A DNA stretch of 64,000 nucleotides from an uncultured Candidatus Saccharibacteria bacterium (GTDB lineage Bacteria > Patescibacteriota > Minisyncoccia > Phycocordibacterales > UBA1006), in assembly GCA_964601935.1 (NCBI GenBank), contig CAZROP010000002.1:7299-71298 (forward strand). Reading direction: 5' to 3'. Below, piece after piece: positions 61,528 to 64,000 of the stretch. Below the pieces are notes generated by a model that was not told the DNA's origin, searched no databases, and saw only the letters and a program-made list of their open reading frames with translations. Every line of letters begins with the position of its first letter. Position 1 is the first letter of the stretch. Made by a program: the position numbers and the translations under genes.

Positions 61528-62223
61528 ATGATGGCACAATTTGATAAATTACAAAAAGACTTGAATGTGCAGTTCGAGTCGATGGACTTATTGCGAACAG
61601 CATTTACGCATCGTTCGTATATTAACGAGACAAATGACACCACTCTGGAACATAACGAGCGTATGGAATATCTGGGTGATGCCGTGATTGAGTTGATCAT
61701 TACACATTACTTGTTCGAGCGGTTTCCCGAAACTCCAGAAGGCCAGTTGACAGCATACCGTGCAGCATTGGTGCGTACGGAGTCATTATCCAAAGCGGCA
61801 CAAGATCTGGGATTTAATGAATACCTATTGTTATCAAAGGGGGAGGCGCGCGACATTGGGCGTGCACGTAATTATATTTTGGCCAATACATTCGAGGCAT
61901 TCGTGGGTGCGCTGTATCTAGATCAGGGCTATGTTGTTGCGCGAGAGTTTGTGATAGCTCAATTAGCACCGTTTATGGATATCGTGTTGGAAAAGTCACT
62001 ATGGCGTGATGCAAAATCATATGTTCAGGAGAAAGCTCAGGAGATTCTCAATGTTACCCCGACCTATGATATGGTTGATCACAAAGGTCCGGATCACGAC
62101 AAAACATTCGTAGTCGTGATCAAATTTGGTGAAGATGTTATTACGACTGGTGAGGGTCCTAGCAAGCAAGAGGCTCAACAGGAGGCAGCGCGAAAAGCGC
62201 TGGATATCATGAAGTGGCATTAA
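61528..62223 (+). CDS. rnc: Ribonuclease III
   Basis: HNERMEYLGDAV, FEAFVGALYLD, dsRBD motif GPDHDK. Confidence 0.96.
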   Translation: MMAQFDKLQKDLNVQFESMDLLRTAFTHRSYINETNDTTLEHNERMEYLGDAVIELIITHYLFERFPETPEGQLTAYRAALVRTESLSKAAQDLGFNEYLLLSKGEARDIGRARNYILANTFEAFVGALYLDQGYVVAREFVIAQLAPFMDIVLEKSLWRDAKSYVQEKAQEILNVTPTYDMVDHKGPDHDKTFVVVIKFGEDVITTGEGPSKQEAQQEAARKALDIMKWH

Positions 62224-62282
62224 TCTTCTACTACTTTAATAACAAATTTATATGTCTGGACAAGAAGGGAAATTTCACCAAT

Positions 62283-62600
62283 ATGGTTTTAATGGGGTTG
62301 AGTCGTTCGTGGTGTTGCCAGTCAAAAAAGTCATTGATTATTGACACCATAGAGGCGTATCAAGAAGGAGCTCTTCGCATAGTCGAGAATATTATTACTC
62401 TTGATATCTGGTGGAATAAGTCAAAACTATGCTCTACATTTACAATTAACGATCCAGAAAGTGCTGGCGTTTCTTGGGATTCCAGGGGTATTAAGCTAGG
62501 TCATGTTTACGAAGATAATTTACCTGAATTTGAATCAGAAGAAGGGTGGAAGAGGGTTCTCCAAAGGGAAGTTGGAGAGCTTCTCGATGGATTTGCATAA
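62283..62600 (+). CDS. Hypothetical protein
   Basis: ORF between rnc and alaS; start uncertain. Confidence 0.4.
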   Translation: MVLMGLSRSWCCQSKKSLIIDTIEAYQEGALRIVENIITLDIWWNKSKLCSTFTINDPESAGVSWDSRGIKLGHVYEDNLPEFESEEGWKRVLQREVGELLDGFA

Positions 62601-62649
62601 TTAAGGGGTTCATTTCTAAAATAGTAAGGTCGTGTTAATATAGTACTCT

Positions 62650-64000
62650 ATGAACACCGCAGACATCCGCCAGGCATTTTTGGATCATTTTGCATCCCAC
62701 GGGCACGCTATTGTTCCATCGAGCCCTATTATTCCGCAGAACGATCCTACAACACTATTCACGGGTTCGGGAATGCAGCCCATGGTTCCATATTTACTGG
62801 GACAGCCGCATCCTATGGGAGCACGCATTTGTGATTCTCAGATTTGTTTTCGCGCAGAAGATATCGAAGAAGTGGGCGATAATCGCCACACCACATTTTT
62901 CGAAATGCTCGGTAATTGGTCATTGGGGGACTTTTTCAAAGAAGAACAAATTACAATGATGTGGGAATTTCTTACGAAAAAAGTAGGAATTGATGCTTCT
63001 CGTCTCTACTTTACGTGTTTCGAGGGTTCTCCGGATATTGGAATACCTCGTGATGAATTTTCTGCAGGCAAGTGGGTAGAGTTATTTGCTGGCGTGGGTA
63101 TTGATGCGAAAGCTTATGCAGATAATCCAACAGGGTTAGATATTTCAGAGCTAATCCCTCAGGGCTACCGTGTTTTTTTCTACCCTGAACGCAAGAACTG
63201 GTGGAGTCGCGCAGGCGTACCAGGCAATATGCCTATCGGTGAGCCGGGCGGTCCTGATACAGAAATGTTTTATGATTTTGAACCGGAAGAATCGATGCGG
63301 GTATTACATAAAAGTTCACAATGGGCAGATGAACCTTGTCATCTCAATTGTGATTGCGGTCGGTTTGTCGAAATTGGGAATAACGTATTCATGCAGTATG
63401 TTCGCCGCGAAACCGGATTTGAAGAGCTACCACAGCGTAACGTTGATTTTGGTGGAGGGCTCGAACGTATCGCAATGGCTGTGAATAATGACCCGGATGT
63501 CTTCATGATTGATGTGTTTAATAATGCACGCAGCACGCTAGAGAGATTATCCGAGGATCATAAATATACTGATGTGAAGGGCAAAGGGCCTTCAATTGCT
63601 ATGCGTATAATATTAGATCATTTACGAGGTGCTACATTTCTAATTGCTGATGGTGTAGTTCCTGCTGCGAAGGACCAGGGATATTTCACTCGTCGTTTAA
63701 TTCGGCGCGCTGTTCGATTTGCGCGTGATTTGGGTATTACACAAAACTTTTGTGCACTGATAGCGGATTCTTATATTCAAACATACCAGTCGCATTATAC
63801 TCACTTGGCAGATAATCGTGCAAATATCTTGAGCGTCTTAGCTCATGAGGAGGCAAAGTTTCGAGAGACTCTGGATAATGGCTTAAAAGAGCTTACTAAA
63901 AAACTAAATTCTCTTGGTCGAGTCCCTGATTCGTCTATTAACGCTATGCGTACTATAGATTCACATTTTGTAGCTGATCTGTATACCACCTATGGGTTTC
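62650..64000 (+). CDS. alaS: Alanine--tRNA ligase, 5' part (runs off the window)
   Basis: MNTADIRQAFL...DPTTLFTGSGMQP...HTTFFEMLGNWSLGDFFK...VDFGGGLER...DHLRG; absent from the ORF track because there is no stop in the window. Confidence 0.95.
   Translation, partial: MNTADIRQAFLDHFASHGHAIVPSSPIIPQNDPTTLFTGSGMQPMVPYLLGQPHPMGARICDSQICFRAEDIEEVGDNRHTTFFEMLGNWSLGDFFKEEQITMMWEFLTKKVGIDASRLYFTCFEGSPDIGIPRDEFSAGKWVELFAGVGIDAKAYADNPTGLDISELIPQGYRVFFYPERKNWWSRAGVPGNMPIGEPGGPDTEMFYDFEPEESMRVLHKSSQWADEPCHLNCDCGRFVEIGNNVFMQYVRRETGFEELPQRNVDFGGGLERIAMAVNNDPDVFMIDVFNNARSTLERLSEDHKYTDVKGKGPSIAMRIILDHLRGATFLIADGVVPAAKDQGYFTRRLIRRAVRFARDLGITQNFCALIADSYIQTYQSHYTHLADNRANILSVLAHEEAKFRETLDNGLKELTKKLNSLGRVPDSSINAMRTIDSHFVADLYTTYGF

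Noticed and set aside
62690-63536. Short ORFs listed near the right end
   Set aside because: They are alternative frames within alaS

Overview
Chromosomal segment of a reduced bacterial genome in genetic code 11. It is most likely Patescibacteria/CPR (Parcubacteria-like); this is an inference from the absence of biosynthetic pathways, the rpmF-nusB/NUDIX-rnc-alaS order, the short MetG and pervasive near-leaderless genes. Most of the window is housekeeping: gltX, pth, rpsA, rplU, alr, mrdA, greA, lysS, mraZ-rsmH-ftsL-ftsI, metG, tatD, rpsT, lepA, mltG, a complete atpBEFHAGDC operon, mnmA, trhO, nth, rpmF, nusB, rnc, the 5' part of alaS, and tRNA-Gln(CTG), tRNA-Arg(CCT) and tRNA-Ile(GAT). An AT-rich island of about 10 kb (about 12.76-22.76 kb) abuts the 3' end of tRNA-Gln. 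It carries a large serine recombinase that reads into the tRNA, two Rx4H HEPN proteins, a RelA/SpoT-type small alarmone synthetase, a secreted thermonuclease, several orphan cassettes, and a multi-stem RNA flanked by two copies of its own antisense target (P1 C4 / P4 CI-like architecture). Outside the island the main points of interest are a leader-peptide attenuator in front of an unannotated HUP/BshC-like protein and a dipeptidase, a palindromic element inserted in frame in mnmA, dispersed palindromic repeats, a secreted heparinase II/III-like lyase and an endonuclease III lacking its Fe-S cysteines. All calls were made by eye from motifs; no database searches or folding programs were run.
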